Below are positions 50,812 to 62,919 of a stretch of 64,000 bases of DNA, in pieces. The first letter of the stretch is position 1. Every line of letters begins with the position of its first letter. Location: contig MU058451.1 of NCBI GenBank assembly GCA_013265495.1, forward strand, positions 2,847,305 to 2,911,304, in the 5' to 3' direction. Source of the stretch: Vicugna vicugna. Taxonomy: Eukaryota. A program made the translations under genes and the position numbers. The notes beneath the pieces are model-generated. The model worked only from the letters and a program-made list of their open reading frames with translations. It did no database searches and was not told the origin of the DNA.

Positions 50812-53200
50812 TTCTTTAAATGTTCGGTAGAATTTTCCTGTAAAGCCACCTGGTTCTGGACTTTTGTCCAGTTTTAAAATTACTGATTGAATTTTGGTAC
50901 TGGTGATTGGTCTATTGGTATTATCTATTTCTTCCTCATTCAATCTTGGGAGATTGTACCTTTTTTAAGAATTTGTCCATTTCTTCTACATTGTCCATTT
51001 TATTGGTGTATAGTTGCCCATAGTAGCCTCTTATGACCCTGTGTGTTTCTGTGGTGTCAGTTGTAACCTTTTTCATTTCTGATTTTATTGATGTGGGCCC
51101 ACTGCCTTTTTTTCTTGAGTCTGACTAAAGGTTTATCAATTTTTTTCTTTTCAAATAACCAGCTTTTAGTTTCATTGATCTTTTCTATTGTTTTTTCAGT
51201 CTCTATTTCACTTATTTGTGCTCTGATGTTTATGATTTCTTTCCTTCTACTAACTTTGCCTACTCACTTTGGGTTTTGTTTTTTTCTTTCTCTCATTGCT
51301 TTAGGTATAATGTTAGGCTGTTTATTCGAGATGTTTTTCTGTTGCCTTTGCTTTTGGTGCCAAATCCAAAAGACTGTTGCCGAGACTGATGTCAGGGAGC
51401 TTACCACTTACGTTTTCTCCTGGGAGTTTTATGGTTTCAGGTCTTACATTCAAGTCTTTAATCCATTTTAAGTTAATTTTTGTGTATAATGTAAGATAGT
51501 GGTCCAGTTTCATGCGTTTGCATGTGGCTGTCCAGTTTTTCCAATACCATTTATTGAAGAAACTGTTCTTTGCTCATTGTGTGTTCTTGAATGCTTTGTC
51601 TCAAATTAATTGACCATATATGCATGGGTTTATTTCTGGGCTCTCTGTTCTGTTACATTGATCTATGTATCTGTTTTTATGCCGTAAAATTATACTTTAA
51701 TTGCTATGGCTTTGTAATATAGTTGGAAATTGGGGAACATGATGCCTACAGCTTTGTTTTTCTTAAGATTGCTTTGGCTATTTGGGGTATTTTATTGTTC
51801 CATACAAATTTTAGGATTGCTTGTTCTATTTCTTTAAAAAAAATGCCATTGTAATTTTGATAGAGATTGCATTGAATCTGTAGATTGCTTTGATTAGTGT
51901 GGCCATTTTAACATTAATTCTCCCGATTCATAAACACAGAATGTCTTTCCATGTATTTGCATCTTCAGTTTCTTTCATCAGTGTTTTATAGTTTTCAGTG
52001 TACAGTTCTTTCACCCCCTTGGTTAAATTTATTCTTTTACATGTAATTGTAAATGAGATTATTTTCTTAATTTCTCTTTCTGAGAGTTCATTATTAGTGT
52101 ATAAAAATGCAGTAGGTTTTTGTATATTGATTTTTGTATCCTGCACCTTTACTGAATTTATTTATTTTAACAGTTTTTTGGTAGAGTCTTTGGGATTTTC
52201 TGTGTATAATATTATGTCATCTGCAAACAGTGACAAGTTTTACTTCTTCCTTTCCAATTTGGATACCTTTTATTTCTTTTTCTTGCCTGATTGATTGCTC
52301 TGGCTAGAACTTCCAATACTATGTTGAATAAAAGTGGCAAAAGCAGGCATTCTTGTCCCTTGATCTTAGAGGAAAGAGTTTCATCTTTCCACCATTGAGT
52401 ATGATGTTAGCTATGGGCTTGTCACGTATGGCCTTTCATTACTGTGACATACATTCCCTCCATACCCACTTGGTTGAGAGTTTTATCATAAGTGGGTGTT
52501 GAATTTTGTCATAAGCCTTTTCTGCATCTATTGAGATGATATATAGATTTTATTCTGCACTTGGTTAATGTGGTGTATCACATTGATTGATTTATGGATG
52601 TTGAATCATCCTTGCATCCCTGGAATAAATCTCACTTGATCATGGTGTATTATCTTTTCAATGTGTCACTGAATTCTGTTTGCTAATATTTTGAGGATTT
52701 TTGTGTCTATGTTCAGAGATACTGGCCTATAATTTTTTTTTCTTCTGGTATCCTTGTCTGGTTTTGGTATCAGGGTAATTCTGGCCTCCTAAATTGAATT
52801 TGGAAGGGTTCCTCTTCTCTACTTTTATTTTTTTGAGAAGGCTTGGTATTAATTCTTCTTTGGATGTTTGATAGAATTCCCCTGTGAAGCTGCCTGATCC
52901 TGGACTTTGGTTTCTTGGAAAGTTTTTTGGTTGCTGATTCAATACTAGTAAGCAGTCTATTCAGATTTTCGCATTCTACATGATTCAGTCTTGGTAGGTT
53001 GTATGTTTAAGGAATTTACCCATTTCTTCTATGATGCCAAATTTGTTCGTATAAAATTTTCATAGTTGGCACATAAATTTCATCTCTTACAATAATTTCT
53101 ATGTTTGTGGTATTGGTTGGTCTCCTTTCATTTCTGATTTTGAGTCCTCTTTCTTGATGAGTCTTTGCTAAAAGGTTTGGCAAGCTTGTTTATCTTTTCA
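50812..53200 (-). mobile_element. Degenerate L1 ORF2 (RT region) made of two non-colinear fragments
   Basis: Peptides KLDHYLTLYTKINLKWIKDLNVRPETIK, KINIQKPTAFLYTNNELSEREIKK and SPGSGSFTGEFYQT; segment 50812-51330 repeats the region at 52850-53200. Confidence 0.9.
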
Positions 53201-53299
53201 TATACATACGGTTGAAATTATTTTTGTTACTATTTTAGTAGTAGCCGAGATTTTTAAATGGGTATTTTTTAAATGGGCATTAAATGATAATAACACTTA

Positions 53300-53620
53300 T
53301 TGTTCACTCAACAAGAAAAGTTCAACAATGTTAAGGATCCAAGCTCTTTCCAACTTTCTGCTCCCATAATCTTGTTGGTTTTTTCTCCTATACTTGTTGC
53401 CTCATGGTTGCAAAATGGTTCCCATAGCATAAAGCATCACATCTACACTCAAGACAGAACAAAGGGGCATGTTGTAGCACCACTGAGTTCTCTGCTAGGG
53501 AGCTTTATTAGGAAAGCAAAAAGTTTTCCAGAAGACTCAGCAAAGTTTTACTGACCAGAATAGGATCACATAGTTGCCTCCAGGGATTTAAAAAAGGCCA
53601 AGAAAGCAAAAATTCAGCAA
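53300..53620 (-). mobile_element. Old MaLR LTR fragment
   Basis: aaggatccaagctctttccaactttctgctcc...ctcatggttgcaaaatgg...ccagaataggatcacat. Confidence 0.55.
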
Positions 53621-54371
53621 AGAGGAGCAAGATCTCCTGATAATCATTCTCTACCCTAGTGGGAACTTTTTAAGCAGCTGAGATTTTGGAATTTTTGGCA
53701 ACTGAGAATTCTAGTTTATCCAATGACTTATCATTTAACTGTAGATCAGTAGGTAGTCTCTGTTTTCTCAGGGGTAAGAACAGAAAGACCATTTGAGAAG
53801 AAGAGATGTTTTGGCCTTTATGGTATCCTAGGGCCTACAGAAGCCTTAATTCCTTTTCTTTTCATTCCTTTTTTCTCTCTCTCTTTTAAAATTTCAATAA
53901 ATAGTAGACCTCTCCCATTAGATAATGAGATGAAAATGACTGGTGGACTTCAAGATTGAAGTTTTTTGTTGCTTTTTAAATTTATCTGTGAGTGCAGCAG
54001 TGGGCTCAATTGCTCAGGAAGCTGAAACAACAGGAAGGAGGACCAAGAAGCCAGGGCCACCTCTTGCAGGAAGGGGCTTGTGCAATAGTGATTAGCAGCT
54101 GCCCCTTCGCTGCCCTCGGGCCTGATGGCAGGGCCCAGGCTCCTCCTTGTGAAGAAAAACTTTTCTTGACTCTTCATGGAAGATAGCTTGAGTATTCACA
54201 GACATTTGCAGTAGTCATCTAATTCCTTGTTATAAAATGAATTTAAAAATTGTACATTTGATGATATTCAGGGGCCTCAGACTCAGTGATAAAACAAGTT
54301 ATTATACTAACTTCAAACACCTCTGTATAAAAAACCTGAAATTAGTAAAATTAATTACAAAATAGCTATTT

Positions 54372-54490
54372 GGGGGGGGTAATTGGGTTTATTTATTTAT
54401 CATTTATTTTTAATGGAAGTACTGGGGATTGAACCCAGGACCTTGTGCATGCTAAGCACGTACTCTACCACTGAGCTATACCTTCCCACC
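54372..54490 (-). mobile_element. tRNA-derived camelid-type SINE
   Basis: ggggattgaacccaggaccttgtgcatgctaagcacgtactctaccactgagctatacc; same family as 39527-39647. Confidence 0.9.
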
Positions 54491-54550
54491 TAAAGTATTG
54501 TTTTTTGAAGAGGTGCTAATTTTAAATATCTCAATTTAAAAAAATCTGAA

Positions 54551-54665
54551 GATGGATAGTGGTGATGGATTTACAACAGTGTGAATGTTCTGAATACCAG
54601 TAAATTACATACTTTAAAATGGTTAAAATGGTGAAGTTATATTATGTATCCTTTACCACAATAAA
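54551..54665 (+). mobile_element. Short old L1 3' end with TSD (the only plus-strand L1 seen)
   Basis: gatggatagtggtgatgg...tttaaaatggttaaaatggtg...accacaataaaaaa; TSD aaaaaaatctgaa at 54538-54550 and 54666-54678. Confidence 0.8.
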
Positions 54666-54781
54666 AAAAAAATCTGAATGTAGTCTTGTTGAGGGACCTG
54701 CTCTAGTGAATAGGTAGAATAATTCGTAAAGAAAAGAGCGTTTCATATCAGTGAGTGTTTTCTTTATGCTAAGTACATATC

Positions 54782-55190
54782 TTTTTAAATTGAAGTATAG
54801 TCAGTTTACAATATTGTGTTAATTTCTGGTGTACTGCATGCTGAGTCAGTTACACCCATACATATATAAATTTCCTTTTGTATTCTTTTTCCTTATAGGC
54901 TATTACACGGTATGGAATATAGTTCCCTGTGCATTTTTTTTTTAATTTAAGTATAGTCAGTTATAATGTGTCAAGACCTTATGTCACAGCATAAGATCTC
55001 AGTCATATATATACATATATTCATTTTCATATTTTTTCATTAAAGGTTATTACAAGATATTGAATATAGTTTCCTGTGCTATACAGAATAAATGTTTTTT
55101 AATCTATTTTGTATGTATAGTGTTTAACACTTCTAAATCTCAAACTCCCAAATCTATACCCTCCCACCCCCTTTCCCCTGATGACCATGA
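54782..55190 (-). mobile_element. Two head-to-tail short L1 3' ends
   Basis: The aagtatagtcagtt...aatatagtt(c/t)cctgtgc unit occurs at about 54782-54932 and 54934-55190. Confidence 0.85.
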
Positions 55191-55194
55191 GCTC

Positions 55195-55600
55195 CTGTGT
55201 GTATCTTGATCACAAAGTGCTCTCTTGAACTTTGGACCTGTATACCCGATGGCATTCTCTCCATTTGGCCTGTGTCTCTAGCACTTCAGGTCTCAAACAG
55301 AATTCTGTGTCTTCACCTGTGCATACCTGCTCCTCCTACCACCTTCCCTGGTCTTAGTTAAGGGCCCTAAAAAGCACCCAGTTAATTGCTCAAGCCTGAA
55401 CCCCAAGTGTCATTCTTGAATCCTACTTTTCCCTTACCCTCCACCCCAAATCAAACACCACTTCAAGTTAATTCTGTCTTCTCAGTGTTACTCTAATCTG
55501 CCCACTTCTCTTCACCTCCACACTTAAGGTAAATAAGGAGTCAGGAACTCTTATCTACAAATGAGTTCCTCGCATCCATTCTACATCCACTCATCCTAAA
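55195..55600 (+). mobile_element. L2 fragment
   Basis: ccagttaattgctcaagcctgaaccccaagtgtcattcttgaatcc pattern. Confidence 0.6.
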
Positions 55601-55639
55601 TGCCAGAAAAATATTCAGTGTTAAAACAAATGTTTTAAA

Positions 55640-55790
55640 AAATTATTTCTTATGGGAAGACCATTTAACATAAGATCTGCCCCTTAATAGATTTTGAGTG
55701 TACAGTATTGTTATCTACAGTACAGTGTTGTACAGTGGAGCTCTGAAACTTGTTCATCTTGCTTTACTGAAACTTTACACCTGTTAATTA
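55640..55790 (-). mobile_element. L1MA-like 3' end
   Basis: ccatttaacataagatctgcccccttaatagattttgagtgtacagtattg...ctgaaactttacacctgtt. Confidence 0.75.
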
Positions 55791-57189
55791 GAAATCATTT
55801 TCTTAACCAAGATAGACGATCTGTTGGCTATCTTGAATACATTATCAAATTGCTTAGTACATTTTACAAAGGCACTCAGCCATAATTTTTGCCAAATGGA
55901 AACGAGTGCTGTCAGAACAGGATTTCTACATATGCCTAACACTTCTTACTCTTCCACAGAATAGCCACCAACCCCCCCACTTCCCCCACCATTAGCCTAG
56001 TAATATTAACACTGTAAGACAATTAATTGGGTTGGGGGGTCATGTCCGCAGGGCAAGTTGCGGAAGCCAGCTGCCTTACATCAGTGTGTGAGCTACCCAA
56101 GTGGACAAGGTTGTCAGTTTTATTAACGGGCTCATCAGTCTTACTGGACGTATGTGTGTACCAGGCACTGTCAGGGAAGAGATGTGGGACAAATTCCCTG
56201 CCTATGAGGAGCGCACAGCCTAGCAGGAGACACAGATTTGAAAAACAGATGATTTTTACAGTGAGGTGTTAAGAATCAAGCAAGGTGGTCTGGAGTCACT
56301 GAGGAGGGACATTCCATGGAGCCCGGGAGAGCGTCCCAGAGCTGGAAAGGAGCTTTGGATCTGAGATCCAGTGCTGACTCCAAATCAAGCCATTTTTCCA
56401 TTTCAGCTGAGAATGTCATCGGTGTGACAGGCACTGGATTAAAAAAATAATCTTATATAATTTGCATTTCCCTGGCTACCAGTCAGGTTGAGCATCTTGT
56501 TATGTTTATTGACCGTATTTTCTGTGTATTGTCTGTTTTTGCCACTTGTGGAAAATCTTAATGTTGACAGTAAACGCTGAGACACATTGGGGACTTGTCT
56601 GATGCTGTTTGTAGGACTGGTTTCCTAAGTCCTACACACATCTCCTGATGAAGATAAGGATCAGGATGTTTTCCTAACCACCCCCCTCCCCTCCCGGCTT
56701 CCTGCCAGTATGTGCCTTTGGTCTGGTAATTGGCTTCCTCTTCTAGCCTGGTAGTCACTGAGGAAGGTCAGCTGGATTGGATGGAATCTGTATGTGCAGA
56801 CACTGATGTCATCTTTAACTGCAGTTTTGTTCTGTCAAAACTAGAGGAGAAAGTCTACACAGATGGACAGAGGGAGTTAGTGTAGGCTTGCAAACGTGGG
56901 CACTGTCTGATGAAACGGAAGTAATTGAGCGTGCAGATCTTAACAAGGTCCAATTTCATATCTGGTTTGAGAGCAGTATCTATACATAAACTACTACATG
57001 GATTTGAGAATGACTCCCATTCATGTAATGGAAAACGCCTTGCCTGCAACCTCAGATATCAGTTAACCCTGAAGACTCAGCCTTCATGTTTTACCTTCTG
57101 GCAGCCAGGACCCTCCAACTGTGCCTGTGCTCTAACCTCTTGGGGCCAGAGGACAGAGCTGCTGAGAGGTACGGGAAGGAGTATCTGGG

Positions 57190-57355
57190 ACTTGGAGCCA
57201 GAGGCACCTGGGTGGGAGTCTTGGCTCTGCTCTTCATCAGCTGTGTTATAACAATTCTCTCCACCCCTCTTGGCCTTGGTTTTCTCATGTGCAAAATGGG
57301 GAAAGTGCTTCCTAGTTCACTGAGTTATTTTAAGGATCAAAAAAAATGCTTGTGA
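57190..57355 (+). mobile_element. MIR SINE
   Basis: ttggagccagaggcacctggg...ccttggttttctcatgtgcaaaatgggg. Confidence 0.7.
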
Positions 57356-57487
57356 TACACGTGTTAGGTATGTGTGTATTCTTTTTCACTCTTCTTTCTT
57401 CTCTTTACCACATTGCACACACAGCCAAGTGAAAGGCCTTGACTGTGGTTGGTGCTTGCCCCTTGTGTACTGCTTGACTACAGACAG

Positions 57488-57643
57488 CAGTGGTTCTCAA
57501 AGTATGGTCCCTGGCATGAGTGTTGCTTGGGAACATGTGAGAAACACAAAAACTCGGACCTACTCAATCAGAAACTGCTCTGGGGCTCAGCAGTGTTTTA
57601 CTTCCAGGTGGTTCTAATGCTCCTTAAAGTTTAAGAACCACTG
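57488..57643. mobile_element. MER5A-like hAT MITE
   Basis: TIRs cagtggttctcaaa ... tttaagaaccactg (13 of 14 complementary). Confidence 0.85.
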
Positions 57644-58599
57644 GAGGAGTCTCCTTCCTGTTGTGGTCAATGTAAAAAGAGATTTGGTGAGATGGAAAAA
57701 AAAGAATGTGTTTGTTTTAATGATATAGAAAGCTATTTAAAGTCCCAGAAGGTGACTTTCATCTAATGTCAGGTTTCCCTTAAAATAGTGAATGAAATGA
57801 TTCAAACAGGAGAATTGTTTCCTGTTACCCTCTGAAGACAAGCCACCCAAGTTGAGCTTAATGCAGGACTTGAGATAAGCTCTCTGGACGTGGAGCTCCA
57901 CTGAATTGGAGCAGATAACTTCTTACCTTCTTTTCCGGTGTTTTTTTTTTCCCCTATAAATATTAATGACAACTTATAAATGAATGGCTGCTGCATTAAC
58001 TGCGCAGCTCTGGCAGGTCTGACGTGATATTTTGCCGAGCTATTATTTCTGATTAAATGTATTTTAATTTAAAGCCAGAGCCATCTGCCTGTGTTCATGA
58101 CCACAGTGACTAAACACAATAGCCAGGCCCATCAGCACACCTCTGCACATCAGTGGGAGTCCTGAGGCTCTACAGGCATCAGGAAGTTCGCTCCTACCAC
58201 CAAGAGTGTGTGATCATCGTGGCAAGCCTGTCAGGCTCGTTTCTCATACACTTAATTCTATCTCTTTATTATATAGTTTTTTTGGTGAGTAACAGACATT
58301 AATTAATAGTTCTACCTAGTGTATATAATGAGTGTTCTGTATTATTAAATATTTTCAACCTGCTTATGAGAAATGCATCACTACTCACCAGTGTACCTTC
58401 TGATGATCATTGTGATCTTTGGTTTTTAATTGTCCTTTGCTTTTGAGAAGCGATTCATTTAATTGTTTAAAGTAGAACTGATTCTGTATGCAAAATACAT
58501 TCCTTAGGGCAGGACCTGATGCGTACTAATACTTAATAAAAGGAATTTCATTTCAGTGAATTCATTAAGCATAATGAAAGGAGACAATTGAGGTGATAC

Positions 58600-58890
58600 A
58601 AACTTTCGTTTACACTTTATGAAGTAGACAGTATCCTTTTGGAGATTTGCAAAACAAGCAGAAGGCAGGAAGCTTTTATAGGATAAAGAATAAAGAACAA
58701 GATAAATAGAAAAGGTCTACTAGGCTGGGGCCACCATCAGCCTTGTTTGGGGCAAGAGGGTGTACATCGCATTTCTGGCCAAGCAGAGCCAGGAGTCCTT
58801 TGCAGATACCAGAAAGTTATCTATGGTTTGGTTTTGCTGAACTGGCACCCCTGGCAGCAGAGGCTCCATCTTGGGCCTCAAAATTTACTG
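58600..58890 (-). mobile_element. ERV1-type LTR fragment
   Basis: The gcttttatagg TATA region and ctccatcttgggcct terminal motif resemble MER4-group LTRs. Confidence 0.45.
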
Positions 58891-61524
58891 ATGAAGGAAT
58901 AACCAAAATTGCTAATAAAGGTGAGAGTATTAAGTGTAGTAGTACTTACCATACGTTGAGACTCTCCCAGGTGCCAGATAGTTCACTGAAGTTACCTACT
59001 TTGATTCTTAAAAGAATACTATGAGGCAGATATCAGTCTTCCCATTTTATAGACACCAGAACTATCCTTAGAGGGTACGGAAATGGACAGGTGATGTTTG
59101 GTGCTGGCCGAGCCAATGCATATGGGGATGACTCAAAAGGAAGTGGGTGGTGAGTTTCATAAAACGGCTTCCGAGAAAGGGGCGTGCCTATATGAAGGCT
59201 GCCTTATGCTCCTCTACTTGAATTACTATCCTCAGTGAAGCTGATACATTTGTCAAACTGCACTGGTGCGCTCTGTGTGTCTAAGTCTGCCCCTGGTGTG
59301 CAGAGACCGACAAGGCACCAAGCTCTGGTTGGGTGTGATGGAGAGCTTGGGGTTCTCCAGGGCGCTGGGCATTCAGGAGTGTACTGAACACAAAGGCAAT
59401 GGTACAGTTCCTGAAAGCTTGGACAGGGTGGCAAATAGATGCCTCCTTTTGAGTGCCTCCTTTATAACTTAGTCAGGTCGTCTTTAGGATATCAATACAA
59501 ATATAGGTAAATCGTTAAGTTTGAGTGAACCTATGAAAACTAAAAAACACAGTCTGCTAGGATCTTTTCCGCAAATAATACTTTTTTGTAAAAGGGAAAA
59601 AGATGGACATGATTATTAGAAAAAAATGGAAAGATTTCTATGCACTAGATTTCATTTCTATGCACAAGAATTCTAATAGAAGAAAACCAAATCGTAAAGG
59701 AAATGTTGGGAAATACTCTGAGAAATCAAAAAAAAATTATGAACTACTCCCATTACTTACTGTCTCATGACAAACCAACTGGATGTAGATAACACCAAAC
59801 CTTTTAAGCACAAATACATTTCATTCCTGGGTGCTTTCTTGGGTTGAGATTATTCCCCAAATTCTTGCTTGGGTTTAGTGGACTGATAGGTAACAAGAAA
59901 CTTAAGTGATCCTTGTTTATCCTTTTGACTGTTGTATGGATTTGGAGGTTTCTGACCTTTCCTAACTTTTACTTGGCCCAATTATCTGATGTAAAACTGC
60001 TTTTAAAATGCTAGGTCTAGTTCTCAGGTGGTGGGAACCTGTTAATTCCACAACAGTGCTATGTTTGAGCATCTTCTTGGCCTTTATCAGCTTCAGAAGC
60101 AGTTACCTGACCTCTAGGTACTTGCTCTGGTGGTCAGAAGTGATTGAACATGAAAAAATTAGATGGCTTTTGGCTTCTTCTCACCTTTGCTTCTGCTTTT
60201 ACTGCACTAGGGGCATGATACTTAACTATCAGATTCTTTTCCAAATATGTGCCACAGGTGGCAGGAATGTGATATGGTCTTGAAACTAAAGCCGTCCCCT
60301 CCACTGCTTTCCCTTAAGCAAATATCACCATGAAATTCCACTAGAATGTTCAATGTTGGTCTTGATATTCACAGATGAGTTTGCTTGGGGAAGGGATGGG
60401 GATAAGGAAAGACTTGTATGTCAACATTCTAATCATCTTCCACTGAATTTATCTCTGCCTTCAAACCTTCTCTCCAAAATTCTTTTCAAAGATTGATAAT
60501 ACTTTTTACCACAGTAGGTGAACAGCTTGATCAATCACTAGCTGACCAAATCTCAGGCCCTCACCTTTTGTGTTAGTTCTACTAATAGTTTACCTAAATC
60601 AGACTTGGGATTCAAGAGAATAGCAAGGAAACTTTATGGAACACTGAGATAAAGTATCAAAAGAACATCACGATGTAGGCCTAAAAGATTTAGGCTTTCT
60701 AGGCACTATGTAATTTCTGGGTTAATCCTAGTGGTCAGGTTCAAACACACACATATACACACACCTCCAAGTTCCTTCACAATGTGCCTCTTACTCCAAT
60801 ACCAATCAAGACAGCACTTAAAAGCTAAACTTTTGTTAGTAATATTTAGTATTTTTTAAGGTTCAAAAATAAATGCCATACATAAAAACACCTTACCAAA
60901 AGCCATGAGACTTTTAAATACATTTAAAATTTGGGATTCTAAGTACATGATTAGAAGTTCTGGATAGACTCTGCTACAGTTACGTCAACTGAGGAGCCTA
61001 ATCACAGAATTGAGTTCAGTCCACACTGTTACCTTGAATTTCATCTTATTTTCTGCCTTTTCATGGCTGATGAGTGTGACAGTGTGGAATAATGCTAGCC
61101 AAAATCTGAACTGAAAAAGTGTAACATTTAGTCAGCTCTGGGGCTCTGATACAAATATTTATAACTTTTTGGCTACATGGCCGTGGGCAAGTCATTTAAA
61201 GGCAGGGACTCTTTCATAGGGATCTTGTAAGATTCTAATAAGATGAGAAAGTTCTTTGTAAACCAAATGTCTCAAATTCTACACTACAAAATCGTATTTT
61301 AGTGCAGAGAAGGAGGTCGGTGAGCGTGGCCTTTGACTTTCTCAGTGAGAGAGGCTGATTACCACTGCAGAAAGAACATCACGTGACCTATGGTGTAATT
61401 AACCTTTATTAAAGAGGCTTTAGTGGGATCTTACTATACTTGTTAATGTTTGAGACACTTATAGGAATTACAATTTTTTCCCCTAGTTCCTGCAATTAGT
61501 GAAGACTAACACATACCAGGCAGT

Positions 61525-61700
61525 CCCAGTACACCAGGTACTGTACTGGGCACTTTGTATAAATAAGCTCATTTCGTCCTCAGAACTGCCCTGTGAGGTC
61601 AGCGCTCTGGGCATGCCCATTTTACAGATGAGGAAACCAGGAGGCACAGATTAGAGAAAACTCCACAGTCAGTCAGGACCATGGCCAGAATTTCATCTGT
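61525..61700 (-). mobile_element. MIR SINE
   Basis: ctcatttcgtcctcagaactgccctgtgagg...cccattttacagatgaggaaac. Confidence 0.8.
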
Positions 61701-62871
61701 ATTCACTGCATTCTATCTATTCTGCTCTTTACTCTGGCTCCCATGAATCAGACCCCTAAAGCAACTACAACAGAGTAACTAAAGTGCTTTCCAGTGCTCT
61801 GAGATGAGGAAATGTTGGACACAGATAATTCATAAACCTGGGCAATGAAACACAGCCGGATGAGTCGTCACACTGCACTGGCAGAATGTGCCACGTCCAC
61901 GGCCGCCTAGTCAGTTGGAAAGAGGTTACACCGCCTCCTGCAGCTGGGGCGAGGGCTGCAAGCGCACGGGGCGGGGGCGGGGGGGGAGTACGCCTGGGGA
62001 GCTGCTTACCACAACTCTTGAAACAGTTTTTGCATTAAAAGGACACGTAGAGTATTTTCCAGATTTCTCAGCCACACGGTCTTCACCCTAGCTCTGGCTT
62101 CAGCCATTAAAACGTGTGGTTTGGACACGAATCTGGAGTCAATAATCTTTCTAGCACCCTGTGCTTTTCCCACCGGCTCCAAAATAGCCTGTTCTGGATT
62201 CTGTTCCATTAGGATTTGCTAGGGGATTCATCATTCAAGTCGATAAATCTGTTAATACCTAGCAGCCATCACTTTGTGCATTATTTACGTGGGGGTCTCC
62301 AATACCTTAGCTCCAACAGGAATGAATACTTCGGAAATTTAAAAGCGCCGTGGCAGCTCCCTGGGAAGCTGTATTGGAGAAGGTCCTTTTATTACACCTC
62401 GTGGGCTGCTTGCTAGCTGAGGCCAGGGCCGAGGATGGCTCCAAAGGCTGGAAGTTCCAGTGGAAGCAGGTTTATTCAGCTGCACGTTGAGCCTAAGCCG
62501 CAGAGGCCATGGCAGCATATGCATTTCTCCGGAACATAAGGGTCAAAAATGTACCCAGGCAGGAGAGAGACTGACTCCAACTTTTAAGTTTTCCTTAAAA
62601 ACAGGCGCAAGACTTAAAACCCTGGATACAGCACTAATACAGTTAAGGAAGCAACTAAGCAGAGCAATGCATCCTATTTTGCAAAATGATTTGAAAGGCC
62701 CAGGATGAAAGAAATGTAGAAAAAAATAATGGTGTGATATTAATATGACCTTCTGCCATGCAGATTCTTTGAGTACATCCCCCCAATTTCTATTGTTAAT
62801 TTTTCAGCAGAGCTTTCAACACCATCACCACCAAAAAAAATTCCACAGAACTCAAGACAGTAATTTACTCT

Positions 62872-62919
62872 AAAAAAAAAAAAACACCTGCAGCTTTATT
62901 AATAACCAACTTTTTTATT
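62872..62919 (-). terminator. Tandem polyadenylation signals with downstream U-rich element
   Basis: Minus strand reads ...CTAATAAAAAAGTTGGTTATTAATAAAGCTGCAGGTG followed by a T13 run. Confidence 0.65.

Noticed and set aside
60000..60400. Possible degraded coding exon on the minus strand
   Set aside because: Short peptide-like stretches are broken by stops and match nothing I recognise.
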